Shown here in pieces: positions 40,844 to 54,739 of a stretch of DNA of 64,000 bases; the first letter of the stretch is position 1, and every line of letters starts with the position of its first letter. Source of the stretch: Dimorphilus gyrociliatus (Eukaryota; Animalia; Annelida); NCBI GenBank assembly GCA_904063045.1, contig CAJFCJ010000014.1, positions 868,001 to 932,000 of the forward strand, read 5' to 3'. The translations under genes and the position numbers were made by a program. Below the pieces are notes generated by a model that saw only the letters and a program-made list of their open reading frames with translations, made no database searches and had not been told where the DNA came from.

Positions 40844-43800
40844 ATGAGAATACTCTACTCTATAATAACGATAATTTGCCTAAAATCAGTTTCTATAACG
40901 TCTACTGATGATTTTATTCCGTTCTATTCTTGGAAATCTATAAGAATTAAAGCGGAATTTCATCAAACTGATTTAAACGACGAGGAGAAGAAAATACTTG
41001 AACACGTATGGTCTCTAGCCATACAAAGGACGTCGGAAGCGTTAAAAGGTTAGTTAGTTAATTAATAATATTTACTTATAATTTAACTTATTCAATAGTT
41101 CCAAGAGTACCGAGAAGATTACTCTTACCAAGATCTAATTTATCTTGCGAAAGAGCATGGATAATTGGATTAAATAAAAATAGGTAATTGATTTTTGCAT
41201 ATAATTTAAATAAATCTACATAAAAATTAAATTAAAACAAAATCTTACAGATGTGCTTCAGTAAAGAAATTGCCATTTAATCAACTTGAAAAATGTTTGG
41301 ATGACTTTAACATTCCATCAGAGCATTTAGAAGGCCTATACGAATGGCCATATCAAAATTCATCAATATCAAAAACAATAATAAAGGATGGCGATGGAAT
41401 AAAAGATTATGATTATATTCTTTATATTCAATCAATAGTTACTGAACGTTGTCAAAAAGATGTAATAAGATATTAAATTATAACTTCAGTAAATAGAATA
41501 TCATAATAACAAGATTATCAATTTACAGAAAAGGCATTTACTCGCATACGCAAAATATTGTAAAAGGGATCATTGGGGAAGGCCAATAGCTGGTTATGTA
41601 AATATATGCCCTAATTTCTTTACCAGCGACTCTTTTTCTATTGGAAAAGCTAAAATGGTAATAAAGAGAGAGAGAGAGAGCGGTAACGTGTGTCGCTATG
41701 AGTGTATGTGAAAGAATATTTAAGTGAATGAATAAGTAAATAACCAAGTAATTAACACATAATAAAACATCTTAGTTTCTTTTTCATGTATTCATATATA
41801 CAATAGTACGTAATTGAGATGAATTATCTTACTATTTCCCTATTAAATGAAAGATAAATGAGTTTTATCGCTTTAGTTATCAGTTAATTTTTTGAAAAAT
41901 GACTATTCTTCTGGCTAACTTTATCGTTAGAGATTTTCCGATATTGTTATCGTTATAGGAGACACGTCATGTCTTTTATTTACATATTTACAGATTGCCC
42001 TACACGAATTATTTCACGCTCTGGGCTTTACTAAAGACTTATTTCACGATTATCAAAGTTGCGACCTACAAGGCAAATGTACAAAACATGTAAATCCCGT
42101 AAAAGATATCTACTATGCAAAGAGACTAGTTACGCCAAAAGTTGTTGAGATGACCAGAGAGCATTTTAATTGTACAAAAAAGAGTGTTTTAAATGATTTT
42201 GGACCAATGTTACAAAAAGATAGTAATGGAGATATAACATCCCATTGGGATTCTTCACTTATGTATAGTTCAATAATGACTTCTACAGTAGGAGATGTAA
42301 ATAATTATCATTCAAGCACTGAGCCTTATTAGTAAAATAATAATGTTTATACAGGAGAGGGTGACTATCCTTGATAAGATAACTCTAGCTGCTTTCGAAG
42401 ATTCTGGTTGGTATGGAGTGAATTACGATACGGCGGATACTTTCCTCTGGGGAAAAAGTAATTAAAACATACCTAAATATGAATATTCAAAAACTAATTA
42501 AGATTTATTACTGAAGATCTAGGTTGTAACTTTTCCTTGCCAATAAACAGATGTAAATATAATGATGAATACCCTAAATTCTTTTGCAAATCGAACGATA
42601 TGTGAGTGAAAGAATAGCAATAAAATACTATATGAATAATCCTCAATTTGTCTTTTCATTAACAGAATAGGTTGTCATTACCTGCAAAGGGATAGGGGAG
42701 TTTGTCAAAGCGACGATTATCTAGGCTGTAATAAAGTATATAAAAGTGATTCAAGTGTTAGTATAAAATATATTTGAATGACGTGTCATCATTCGTATTT
42801 TAACTAAATCAATAGACTTTAACTATATATCTATGATTCATGTGTTTAAAATTCCTATTCAGCTTCGTTGCGATCGAGATTTACTCAACGGGAGATGTTT
42901 TATTGCCAACATAACAATTAAGGTTCTTTCAAAACTGACTAATATTCAATTTTTTTATTGATTCCATTAAATTTCTTTTAATAGTCTAACTTTATGATTC
43001 GGGAGAAACCTTCTGGAAGATGTTACGATATTTCATGCATGAAAAATGGAACATTACAAGTTAAATTGGGTAACGAATGGATAAATTGTCCTTATAGTGA
43101 GACTTTAAAAGTAAACATGAGTACATTACATAAATTATAGAATTTATTGCTTCATATTTGAATATATATATATATATGTGTGTGTGTGTATCTCAAAACT
43201 AGTTGCAAGACTGGGAAGGAATTCTTATATGTCCTTCAATCACTAGTCAAGTTTGTCGAGACATTCACAAACAGATGACGTCATATGCTATGACGACAAC
43301 TCATTCATTTACTCAAGGTTAAGAAATTTTACAAATACATGATTAACACTAATTAATATACTTTCATTTAATATAGACGATATAGGAGGTCCTATAGAAA
43401 TTAGTATAATATTCAGCGGCATTACCGTTCAACAGTTAAATTTGAACTCTTTACTCGAAATGACACCAAATGTAATAGCAATAAAACTATCAAGAGAATT
43501 GAATATCAAAGAGGAAAGATTAACTAAGAGACTTCTCACGGATAGTAATCTAAGCAATTCAATAATATTCAAGTTCATCCTCCTACCTAAAATTCGCGAT
43601 GGTTATATTTTTATAATTTTATTACAGTTCATAATTTTATTTCACTACGTTTATGTAGGTATCACCGCAAATGAGGCTTATAATATCCTAGATAATCTTA
43701 TTAAAGGTGGAAAATTGATAGTAAAAATTGGATCTTTTACATTAAAAGGTGAATCAATTTCAAAGAGAAAGTAAGATAAATTTTTATTAAAATTATCGAT

Positions 43801-44069
43801 CCTTATCTAAAGTGTTATTTTGTTTTTTTTTCACTTTCTTCTGGAATTTTAGAGCTCCGACGGATAATTCGATAAAAATTGATTCGTTAGCGAGTACTGC
43901 AGCAATTATAGGAGTTGCAATCGCCTGTATACTTGTGGCAGCTATTATTGCATTTATGGTATTTGTTATTCAAAGAAGATATGTTATTATGCATATAATA
44001 ACTAGACCTCGAAGATTAGCTAGATTAAACAATCAAAATAGAAGAGAAGGAGGAGAAACTTCAGTTTAA
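40844..44069 (+). CDS. Leishmanolysin-family (M8) membrane metalloprotease, CIROP/LMLN2-like
   Basis: Signal peptide; IPSEHLEGLYEWP...DGDGIKDYDYILYI; LLAYAKYC...RPIAG; zinc site IALHELFHALGF; third ligand TSHWD with Met-turn SIMT; IDKITLAAFEDSGWYGVNY...WGK; Cys-rich modules; C-terminal TM helix AAIIGVAIACILVAAIIAFMVFVI. Confidence 0.9.
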
Positions 44070-44297
44070 ACTTTAATATTTATTCATAATTATATTATCT
44101 ACAAACAAAAATTACATATTGTACATAAATACAAGAATGTTACAACTCAGGCTTTTGATAAGCATTTCAAAAGAACAAAAAATTCTTTAGATAAACACAG
44201 AAGAGCGAGAGAGAGTGTGTGAGAGGAAGAAAAAAGACAAAAAATCCTATCCAATTTCTACTTTTAATTCATTTTTATGGCAGGTAAACTTATTCAA

Positions 44298-45110
44298 TTA
44301 AATTGAAGTGGAACGCTTAGATTGATTAGATAAAGTAGAAAAGTTAAGTTTTAAAAATTTTATTGATGATTTACCAAAAGACCTGAAGACTCTAATAAAT
44401 GCCATTAAATCTATTTTCATATCAAATTCATTTGTGTATAAATGTATAGGATATTCTAATAGCTTCTTTGAATGTTTAAAATCCAAATTTATACCCAATT
44501 TAAGTAATAAAGCATCCAATTTGCATAGTAAACTTTTTTCGTCAAATTGAAGAAATAGTTGGAAATTCGTTAGTAATTCTTTATCTTTAATAAGCTGATT
44601 ACTAGATCTAAGTTGTTGAATAAAGAATACAGCAAATGAAAGAGATTTTTTAATATTCTTTAAACTACTTCCAACATCTGCAGTATAGTTTTTCAAATTG
44701 ATGTACTTTTTCAATTCAGCAATTTGTTTTCCTACTTGAACAGAAGGTAAGTCTTTTATTCCTTTCTATTAGGAAAATTAGTAATATATATATAGAATAT
44801 ATATGAAAAAATATGAATAATATCTATCAACCTCCTTCCTCAGTTGATAGGCCAAATGATATGATTCGAATAAATTTCTCTGAAAATTTTTCAAAAAGTA
44901 TACAAGACTTAATTTTGTATTTTGTACAGTTTTCCTATCCAATTTACAATGATTAACCAAATTAAAGTTTAATTTAGCTTGTTTAGCTTTTAAAGGAACA
45001 GTTTCAACGAAACTAACAAAGGATAAAGCTGTAAAAGAGATTATTAATATTAATAAATAATATAAATACTTTTATTTCATCATACCTAATAGAATATTCA
45101 ATTTATTCAT
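44298..45110 (-). CDS. Secreted orphan protein A (229 aa), putative long-chain four-helix cytokine; paralogue of 54740-55396
   Basis: Exons 45086-45110, 44832-45028 and 44298-44765; introns of 57 and 66 nt (GT-AG) keep the frame. Translation: MNKLNILLALSFVSFVETVPLKAKQAKLNFNLVNHC...QLRKEKGIKDLPSVQ...LKNIKKSLSFAVFFIQQL...LLCKLD...FIRVFRSFGKSSIKFL...*. Signal peptide, 2 Cys, upstream TATAAATA at 45181-45188 (minus strand). The intron 2 donor is GTTGAT, which is weaker than consensus. Confidence 0.8.
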
Positions 45111-45604
45111 GATTGAATATCTTATTTTTGGTCGAGATATGAATTGTTTCAATTCAAAGCTAGCTCTGAAATTCTCTTAGTATTTATATATTTTGTCATC
45201 ATGGGTAATTGATGTATTTATCAACTGTTATCTTTTTGAATGGAAATGTGGAAAATACATTATTTTTTCAACGTTTCTTAATAAACATAGACATAAAATA
45301 TGAAATTATAACCATCTTGTTACGATGACGATACAAATTCCTTTCAGAAAGTTTATATCATATAATTCAAAGTGCTTAAGAAGTTAATAAAAGTTCAAGA
45401 GGTTTTCGGCTATTAGTAATCATAATACTCTAATTTCTTTTTCTTCAATTGATATACAAATAAACAGCAGAAAGATAAAGAAATAATAAATGCTAATTTA
45501 TAGGAAAAGTACAATTTATTCATAAAATCATTTGGCTTTTTTTTTTAATAAATGAATTGTTTTTTCGCTTATAAGCGCCATCTAGTTAAACGACGCCATT
45601 TTTC

Positions 45605-47271
45605 ATGTTGTTCGAGAATGAATTGTCGTCTAATGACGAATTATCTATAAATCTCCAAAGCGAATGCTTAAGATGGCAAAGATTAAAGGGAGAATTAAAT
45701 GATGCGGAATTCCTATCATTTCTCTTGAACATGTAAAAGACAAAAAATTAAGACATATTTATAAAAATTGCATATAACTACTGATTAAAAACTTTATGAC
45801 TGTAAAAATAAATTAATAAAACACAAAAGTTAAATAGACAGACGTAAAGAATATGATATGATCACTAAGAAATATCTAATAATTAACAGGTACGAAACTT
45901 TCAAGAAGGACACAACAATCATTGATATAAATGAAGATATGGGAGGAAATATGTCGAAATCAATAGAAAAACATTCAAGAAAACCAGTAATAAAAAAAAA
46001 TTTAAGGTATTTTCCTATCAAAATAGAATAATTTGCTGATAATTCAACAATTTCATATTTAATATAGAGACATTTATCAAAAGTCAGAACTTTCTCATAA
46101 TGAATTGGATATCTCTTCTTACAGCGGAAAATTACAGAAAATATTGGATACAAAAAAGACTAGTATGTTTACAATACGTATAATTGTCCTTGAAGTATAT
46201 TAACTTCCTTTTTTCTCTCATTACCAACCTCTTATAGGCATTCATAATATATCAGTATTTCGATGCGATCTCTGTAGTTTTGCCAATCTCAATAAATCTG
46301 AATTTGAGAAACATTTACAAGAATCAAATCATCATTTAACAAGCGTTGAAGACTTTAATTGTAGAAATTTTAAAGTCACGTGTAATATTTGTAATATTGG
46401 ATGTTTTAATGAGAGAACACTTGTTGCCCATAAACGTAGAAAACACGAATCTTTGGAATTTAGATGTTCTTACGAAGATTGTAAATTCGTCTCTAAGCAT
46501 AAAGATTCGTTAAAAGCTCACTTGAACTTTCAACACGGGGATAAGAATAAATATGTTTGCTCGTTCTGTGCAAAAGGATTTAAAAGACCAGATCATCTGA
46601 GATTGCACGAAAAAACTCATGAACTTAGGGACTCATCGGAAGAAGACAACCGCACCGAAGGAACTCGGACACAGCAAACTAAATGTAATATATGTGACGC
46701 AATCTGTAAATCTGAACTGCATAGAATTATACATGAGAAATCTATGCATTCTCTTATGCCGTTCCAAGGCTATTACGTTTGTCCAAAATATCCAGCTTGT
46801 CAATTTAAAAGTGAAATGGAATCGTCAGTCGTTTCACACGCTAGAATCAAGTGCTCTAGAAGAGAAGGGGTGCTGAAATTTAAATGTAGATATTGTTCGA
46901 AATTGTGCAGTAGCTATAGCGCAAGATTCTCTCACGAAAAACGGCATTTGAGAAAAAAAGATCACAAATGCGATTTATGTCTGAGAGCTTTCCTAACCAC
47001 TACAGAGCTAACTAGTCACAAGAAGAGTGTTCATAGTGATGTTAGACCTATACCGTGTAAAATTTGCAATCAGACTTTTAAGAAAAGATTCAATCTTAGA
47101 CGTCACATGCTAAAGCATACTGGCGAGAAGCCTCATAAGTGCATAATTTGTTCGGTTGCCTATGCCGACTCAACTACTTTAAAGAAGCATTGGGAAAAAG
47201 AACATAATATTGTCGACGTCAGCTGTCTTAAAGATAAAGAAGAGGTCTTAACAATTTCTCAAGACTTTTAG
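45605..47271 (+). CDS. C2H2 zinc-finger protein, about 10 fingers
   Basis: Four spliced exons keep the frame. The last exon carries repeated C-x2/4-C...H-x3/5-H fingers, including a canonical HTGEKPHKC linker. Confidence 0.9.
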
Positions 47272-47433
47272 GAAGAAAATTGTTTTCGTTCTCGTTTAGT
47301 GCTGTCCTTGTTTTATTATTTTGCTACATTTAATATATAATCCGTTAAATCAATTTATTATTAATCCAGCTGATAGGTTATTTGTTTTTTCTTGATAAGT
47401 GATCTGAGATAGGGTGACGCCATCTATTCATAA

Positions 47434-47685
<252 letters not shown>

Positions 47686-48319
47686 ATATCAAGTAAAAAT
47701 TTTAATCAAACTATTTTTATTCTATTGAGATATGGATGAGCAGTGAACGTTTTTCATCAAATGATTTTAAACAAACTTTTCAGATGGATAATATAAATTT
47801 ACTAATATGTCAAAAATATATGTCTTTGTTATAAATTAGTTTCGTTTGTATATATTTTTTTCTCTATTTCTTAGGAAATATTTTTATCAAACACAATTTT
47901 TTTTAAGTTAGTCGTCACGTGTTTATGGGCGTATACTGCTATTAAGAGAATCGATGGCAGTCGCTTAAGCTATGATATCCCTATGTGAAATGGTTGCTTT
48001 TAACTACTTATACTCGATGCCGGCGAAGAAAAATAATCATTTTAACATCGTGACTGACCAGCCGAGCTTGGCAGTTTGCACGGTAAACTGTAATAAAATA
48101 CGTTTTGCTATCAGAGAAATAGATTAGAAAGTCCTTATAACGTCTCTCTTATATATTTGTGCACTTTCCATACTAAAACTTAGTATATAAAATCAGTATA
48201 AATTAAAAGACAACCAACAAACGTTAAGTAGCAGTTAATGATATCATCTAACATATCTATCAATATCTATAGTAGGCTATCTCGTTAACATATAATAGCG
48301 TCTCTCTATAAATACTTAC

Positions 48320-51312
48320 TTAGTCATAGAGCAGCATTTTTACTGCAAAGAAAAAAATCATAAAACGTTAAATTATAAGTTTGTCCGAAAACAAATTTTC
48401 CATGCCTCTAAAACCTCATAAATCATAACAAATAATCATCTCACAGACAAGTTCCTTTTATACATATAGCGTTATTATCGAAACAGAATAAAGATTATGA
48501 ATATTCATTACTAATAAATGTCTACTCCTCGTATATTTCATTCAGCATGAATCTGTATAGGCTATCTTATACATGTCTCCGCTACTTACGGAATTTCCTA
48601 TTTCTTCAGTTGTTTTCTCGTTTCCTTCAATTTCTTGGTTTTCATCGGCTGAGATAATAAAAATTTTTATTATATAGTCTATAGATTATACATATAAGAT
48701 ACATATATTCTTTATACTATACATATAAGATACAACTGATCTTTAAGAGATAAATAGACACATCTTTAATTTACCTTTTCCATCCTTTAATATCACTTTG
48801 CTTTCAGCCTTTTGCTCTGTCTCTTCAGATTCGTTGTCTATTTGACAAAATAATTAAACTATTAAATAAAGGCGTGTAAAATATTTCCCCTAACGTACTA
48901 TCTGTCGGACTTTCTCTCTCCTCTCTTGACTCTTTCGACGGGTTGTTTGCTCTAGATTCTGGCGATGAATCTGATATTTTATCTGTCGTGTTCTCTAAAA
49001 TCGTATCAGATGGGATACTTGTTTTATTATCTTCTATAAGGCGCGTATTTTCTTCGGACTCGATTTCCTTAACGTCTGTTTTGTTATCAGTCACTGTTTC
49101 TGCTGTTTCTGTAGCCGGATTTGCTGAGGCTACTTCCACTATTGACGCATCTTTTGTTACATCTGCCACATCTGATACAGGCTTCGTCTCTTCATTTGCT
49201 GTAGCATTAGCCATTCCATTATCCTTAGCATCGATTATTTTATTTGCCTCTTTATCTGCCGTCTCATCTGCTGTAGCATCAGCTATAGCATCGGGGATTT
49301 CATCGCATAAATTCATTTCTTGTTTCTCCATTTCTGCACCCCAATCCGTAACTGGCGTTGGAGTAGTCAATGTCAGAGACTTGGGAGAAGTATCCGTTGA
49401 TTGACTTTTACTATCAAGTAATTCTCCATCTTTGTTCACTTTTAGAGTATTTTCTTCTATGAATTTATGTAACGAATCAGTGCTATCCGTTACAGCCGAA
49501 ATCTTCTTCTCTGTAAACAATACATGATTTTGTTTGAGAATTTATTCGCGAAGCGTGTCATTTAACATTCATGGTTTATTATTATGATTATTATTACTAC
49601 CGTCTTCTGGCCCAGATTCATAGTACGGCTCTGGAGCGTCAATGTAATCGTCTTCGTGGTATTCATCGTCGGGATTTTTATCTCGGACATTAACATCATC
49701 AACATTTGGGAAAGGACGTCTTCTCTGACCACGGCTGCGTCCTTCTCCCCTACCTCTTCCTCTTCCTCTTCCACGCCATTGACCAATATTAACCCTGGTC
49801 TCACCAGACTCTGGTCTATTCTTTGGGGATCCTCTACGTACTCTACCACGTTGTTGTCGTCTATTTCCACCACTAACTCCTCTTCCTTTGTCAAAATCTT
49901 CCCTTCGACCAGTTGAACCACTTGGGCCAGGTTCGAATTCATCAACTTCTACAGCCCCTTCTACTTGTCTTCCACCTCCGTCAGTCGTAATTTTAAAGTT
50001 TTTAAATGTTTCGAAATGCGTAGACTTGGGTCTGTTACCATAAGATCCTCGGCCTCTATTACGACTATCAAACTCTCTATTCTCCGATATTTGACTATCT
50101 ATAAGGGAACAAAGTTTCTTTTAGCTAACGTAAAAAATTTCGATATCAATCGGAGCAAAGAGTTAGTAAGGTTTGCGTAAATAAAACCATGCCTCAAGCA
50201 ATCTTACCCTATTAATTGATACTGTAAAACCTGATAAAAAGAAATGTAAAAACCCTGGAAAAAGACGAACTAACTGCAAAGTTTAAAGCTTCCGCTGCGG
50301 AGCATGCTGAAATATATTTCATGCAAGTATTACCGTCAACCGATTGAATAGCTCCAACTACAATCCGACCTGACCCAATTCTTCCCGCTATCAATTATAG
50401 AAAAAAAAGAAAAAACTATTTCGTTTAATCACTATCGCATTACTGTTCTCTACTTTCTTTTTCTCTGACTTATCCTAAGTACAATTATATTAGTTTTAAA
50501 TTCGTAAGAAAAACAAACCCGGTCTGTGTGGTACAGTCTGCTTAGGCGTTGGTGGTTGAGGATTAATTCTACAGAGAAAAAGATAAGATTGGAATTCTGG
50601 ACATTTTTCTTTTATATCATCGAAAAATTTGTAGTCAAGATATGCTTACGATTGTTTATCAGTATCCCATTCTCTCTTCCAAAAACCTTTTTCATTCTTT
50701 TGTCTGTCTATTCTAGCTCTATCAATTTCTTGTCTATCCAATCGCCATTTTTCATCTTCAGAGTTAACCTAGAAAATAACACTTGTCCAATCGAAGATAC
50801 TATAAGTTAAAAAAGCATACCCTCTTGGGTCGATCGTGAGTTCTTCTAAAACCTTCGCCACGACCTCTTCCTCGATCACTCGCTTGACCTCTACCCCTAC
50901 CTCTTCCTCTACTTCTGCCTGAGCCGAAACCTTTTATTCTATCGTCGTCTTCCTCCTTGTATCTTATCTGAGAGACGTTAATGTTAAAATTGACTGCTTG
51001 CTGGCGAGCCTCTGCTTGTCGTTTATCTTCTGTTACTTCCTGCAGAAATGTTGCCTTATACAAAAGCTTAAATTTACAGTTATGGCACATACTTTATGTC
51101 TTCTTGATATTTCGATATTTTTTAGGCTCGCTATTTTCATCCTCTCATCGATTTCTCTCTCACGCAGCTGCTTCTCTAGACATTGACTGTTCTTGTCATC
51201 ATTCTTTGCTATTTCAGTGGTTTTTTGCTAACAATAAAAATTGAATATGCTGTAATTATAAAAAGAAAGTAAAAAATGCATTATTTACCTGTTCATACCG
51301 TTTTGGAGGCAT
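48320..51312 (-). CDS. CCDC9: Coiled-coil domain-containing protein 9 family (RGG-rich, long acidic tail)
   Basis: EREIDERMKIASLKNIEISRRHKEVTEDKRQAE and KWRLDRQEIDRARIDRQKNEKGFWKREWDTDK match the two conserved CCDC9 blocks; there are RGRGRG tracts. The 3' end is uncertain (stop near 48583, or a spliced terminal exon ending at 48320). Confidence 0.85.
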
Positions 51313-52569
51313 AGTTTAAAGTGTGGTTTACAGTGAAAATTCGATAGATGTGGTGATTGTCTAACACCCTTCAATTTAAATTAGCTGGTAAAATACCAAA
51401 AAAATACGATTAGCTCAAAAAACTTCAAGTGGGTTATTATGATAGCAAATGAGCAGTGGAGCTACCGGATCCAGTTTTGGGGCGCAATTAAGTTTTGGAA
51501 AATATTACATATTATTCAAAAGTCTTACCTAGGTCTTATAACCGTAATTGATCTTCAAATTACCACCAAAGAGCTGATAATAAGCACTAAAGTATTCAAT
51601 TGAGCGATAATAAACCTTATGGAAACTACTTCCGAAAGGCCGTGAAAGGTAATCTGGCGGGAATACGAATTTAAAAAAAATAAACTCTGTATAAAAAAAA
51701 TAAAGAACTCTTATTTATAAATACATTAGAATCTAACAAATAAGCTGGACGATATTATAATTAAGAGAACAAAAAAAATGTTCTTTTGAAAAAAGATTCG
51801 AAATAAAAGTGAAAAAAAGACAATTTTAGATTGAATGTAAGTAGATAATAAATAGAATTATTTAATTAGTAGCTTAGTTATTGTTAAAAATAAAAAAATA
51901 GAATAATAAACAAAAAGAAGACTTAAAAATATTGTAGAAGAAATACATTTATACAGAATATATACTTTCACAGTCTATCGATCACCCGAATAAAAAGATA
52001 CAATATTGATTCGGAATGCGTCAAATTGAAAATTTGCTCGTTGCTCCAATCAATTCTTTATAGAGATAGTAATAGATTATAAGGATAAAATGATTTCCTT
52101 TTTGGTTCCAAACGACTGAGCATCATCATAGGACGAGTTAAGAGAGCGAGTGAATATGTGCCTCTTTTCGCAAATAATTTATAAATATATACTGTTTATA
52201 TACAATTTTTATGATAAAAGACAAAGTAATTTGTAAAATTTATAGGTTAAGACCAAATGGCCTAACTGTTTTCAACAGTCATTGCTCATGTGTGTGAATG
52301 TTCCTCTTGTTTTCGCTTAAAAGTTATATATATATCTCAGCGACTGAGCAGTGATGACGTCATTTTGCGTTAAAAAAATCACTTTCTAAATTTTAAACAG
52401 TAATATGACTTTTAATCAGTAAAAATTTGTATATTATTATTTAATGTGCAAATATCATATACATATATATTTATATGTATATATATTTGCGTATTATTCA
52501 CTTCTAAATATAAATGGATTGTAAACAGAATCCCCCCACTAGACGGCAGAGCTTTCCCATAACGACAAG

Positions 52570-53316
52570 ATGGCCGACGTTGGTAAGAAAAAAATTCTAA
52601 TTTTTAGTTATCCGTGTTTTTTTTTGCCTTCTATTAATTTAAAAATGTTCTAATATTCAAAGAAATATTAAAATTGTTCCATCTTTCTTTATACGTCTTT
52701 CTCACTCATTATATTTTAAATAGCGATTATAAAAGATCTCGTTCTTTATCACCGGCACCAAAGAATACTCAATATTTGTTTTGTTTTTTCTGAAAATCCT
52801 TATCTTTACCTTATTTTTAGAAGTGAATAAGCCAGCATCTGCTGAAAACGTTACGTCTACGAATGAGGAAGCCCCAGAAGCTAAAACTGAAGTCACTTCT
52901 CAACCCGATCCTCCTACTGAGCATGGAATCACAGAAAACGTTCAGGTATGAGTTTTAATTTTCGCTAAACAATTAAGAATTTCTATGAAAATCTGATTTT
53001 GATTTTAAATATTTATAGAAAATAATAGAAGGAGAGAAACAAGTAAGTACGGAAGAACTTGCTGCTAAAAAGGCTAAAGTCGATTTGCAATCATTGCCGG
53101 CTCGTGCCTACTTAGATCAAACAGTCGTTCCTATTTTATTGCAAGGAATGTCAGCTCTAGTGAAAGAAAGGTATGCACAACTTAAAAAATAATTAGAATT
53201 AAAGCAAATTTAATGTTTGTTTAAAATATATATGTAATTGTTATTTCAGACCTCCGAATCCAATTGAATTTTTGGCCGCTTTTTTGATGAAAAACAAAAA
53301 CCATCATGACCAATAA
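52570..53316 (+). CDS. DPY30: Protein dpy-30 homolog (COMPASS/WRAD subunit)
   Basis: [47 protein letters not shown]; four exons. Confidence 0.97.
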
Positions 53317-54676
53317 CTTTTTGTGGAAAGATAATTTAATAGTGTAATATTGTTTTTTTTTTCCTTTATTTTTGTAGTTTTTTTGTCAAAAAAAAGAGAT
53401 AAAAAAGAACATACTTCATATTATTCTCTTCGTCTCATAAGTCATTCATAATTAAATATTAAGTGTCTTAATATATGTATATACATTTTGAGATTTTTTT
53501 TCTCGTGTCTTCCTCGTTTGCTTCAACAATGTATTAATGTATTTAAGACAAGTCAAACAAAGAATTAAATTTGTTAAAAACAGAACCAAAGCACACTTTA
53601 CCACACGATAAGAGAGATATAAATACTGAAAAATACTGTATAACAATAGAATTATATACATTTACTATTTATAAGAGCGTAGTATAATTTCAACAGCAAT
53701 AGACACAACATGTAGATTATATATCAAGTATATAGAACAGGTACGAAATATGTACAGTATGTTCTATATGCTGTATTTGTTATATATAGCAGATTGGTAC
53801 AACTTCATAATCGAACTTACTTAATCAAAAAGGAAGACAAAAGTGTAAAAGTTCTCTTTGGAAGAAAATTAATCGGCTCTATCGATCCGATAAAGAGATA
53901 GCAGTCCGTCTCTCTCTGTCCCTTTCCTACCTCACCCTTCACCTCACTCTTCCTATCGAATCGTTTTTTATTATTTTCTATAAATATATCATACATGTTG
54001 TTCTTTAATAAAAAATGTTTTCAACACATTCTTGAATTATCAATGAAAACGAAAGTACTAAACATTAAAATGGTATTACATCCCCGAAACGTTTTTAGGA
54101 AGTATTTTTTGGCCGTAAAAGAGGCCTTATGACTTGAGAAAAAAACGTAGCTTTTCATAGCAAGACAATCTTAACAATTCCTGATCAAATATTCCTTTAT
54201 GAAGTATACAAAATTTTTCAGACTCTGTTCCTACTTTCAGTATCAAATTAAAAGAAAAGATGTTAATGAATAAAATATTATTATCCATCTTATTACTTTT
54301 GAAATTATACTTTCAAACAATTAAGGACTTAGAAAAAGTTATGTATGCTATTTGAGGTATAAAGTACACAGTGTTAATTAATGTTCTTTCTCCATTGATT
54401 TAATTAAGAAAATGAAGGAAAAACTATGATTATTATTAATATTATTGAAAAATAATGTTGTTTCTATTCAATTAAGAAGTGAATTTGAAAAAACAAGTTA
54501 ATGTCTTTCATACATGAAAGAAAATGAATAGAATAATGATTTTGGCAATGAAAAAAGTACTTTTAAATTATTTCGCAAATTTAAATATTGTCAACTATTT
54601 ATAAAGGAATAACAACAACTGCAATCTTAAATAAATCTTAAGATTCTCCTTTGGAAATTTAAGTCTTAACTTTAAG

Positions 54677-54684
54677 TATAAAAG
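54677..54684 (+). promoter_or_regulatory. TATA box of secreted orphan B
   Basis: TATAAAAG ending about 55 bp upstream of ATG 54740. The sequence is AT-rich, so a chance match is possible. Confidence 0.45.
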
Positions 54685-54739
54685 ACAGCAACTATGAACA
54701 TGAATTTTATAATTCAAGTTTTTCTGAAAAGAGGAAAAG

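Noticed and set aside
48943-49945. ORFs 48943-49404 (+), 49584-49916 (+) and 49562-49945 (-)
   Set aside because: Antisense or alternative-frame shadows of low-complexity CCDC9 exons.
48825-51090. First impression of SERBP1/vig (HABP4) from the RGG tracts
   Set aside because: The conserved blocks match CCDC9, and no HABP4 domain motifs were found.
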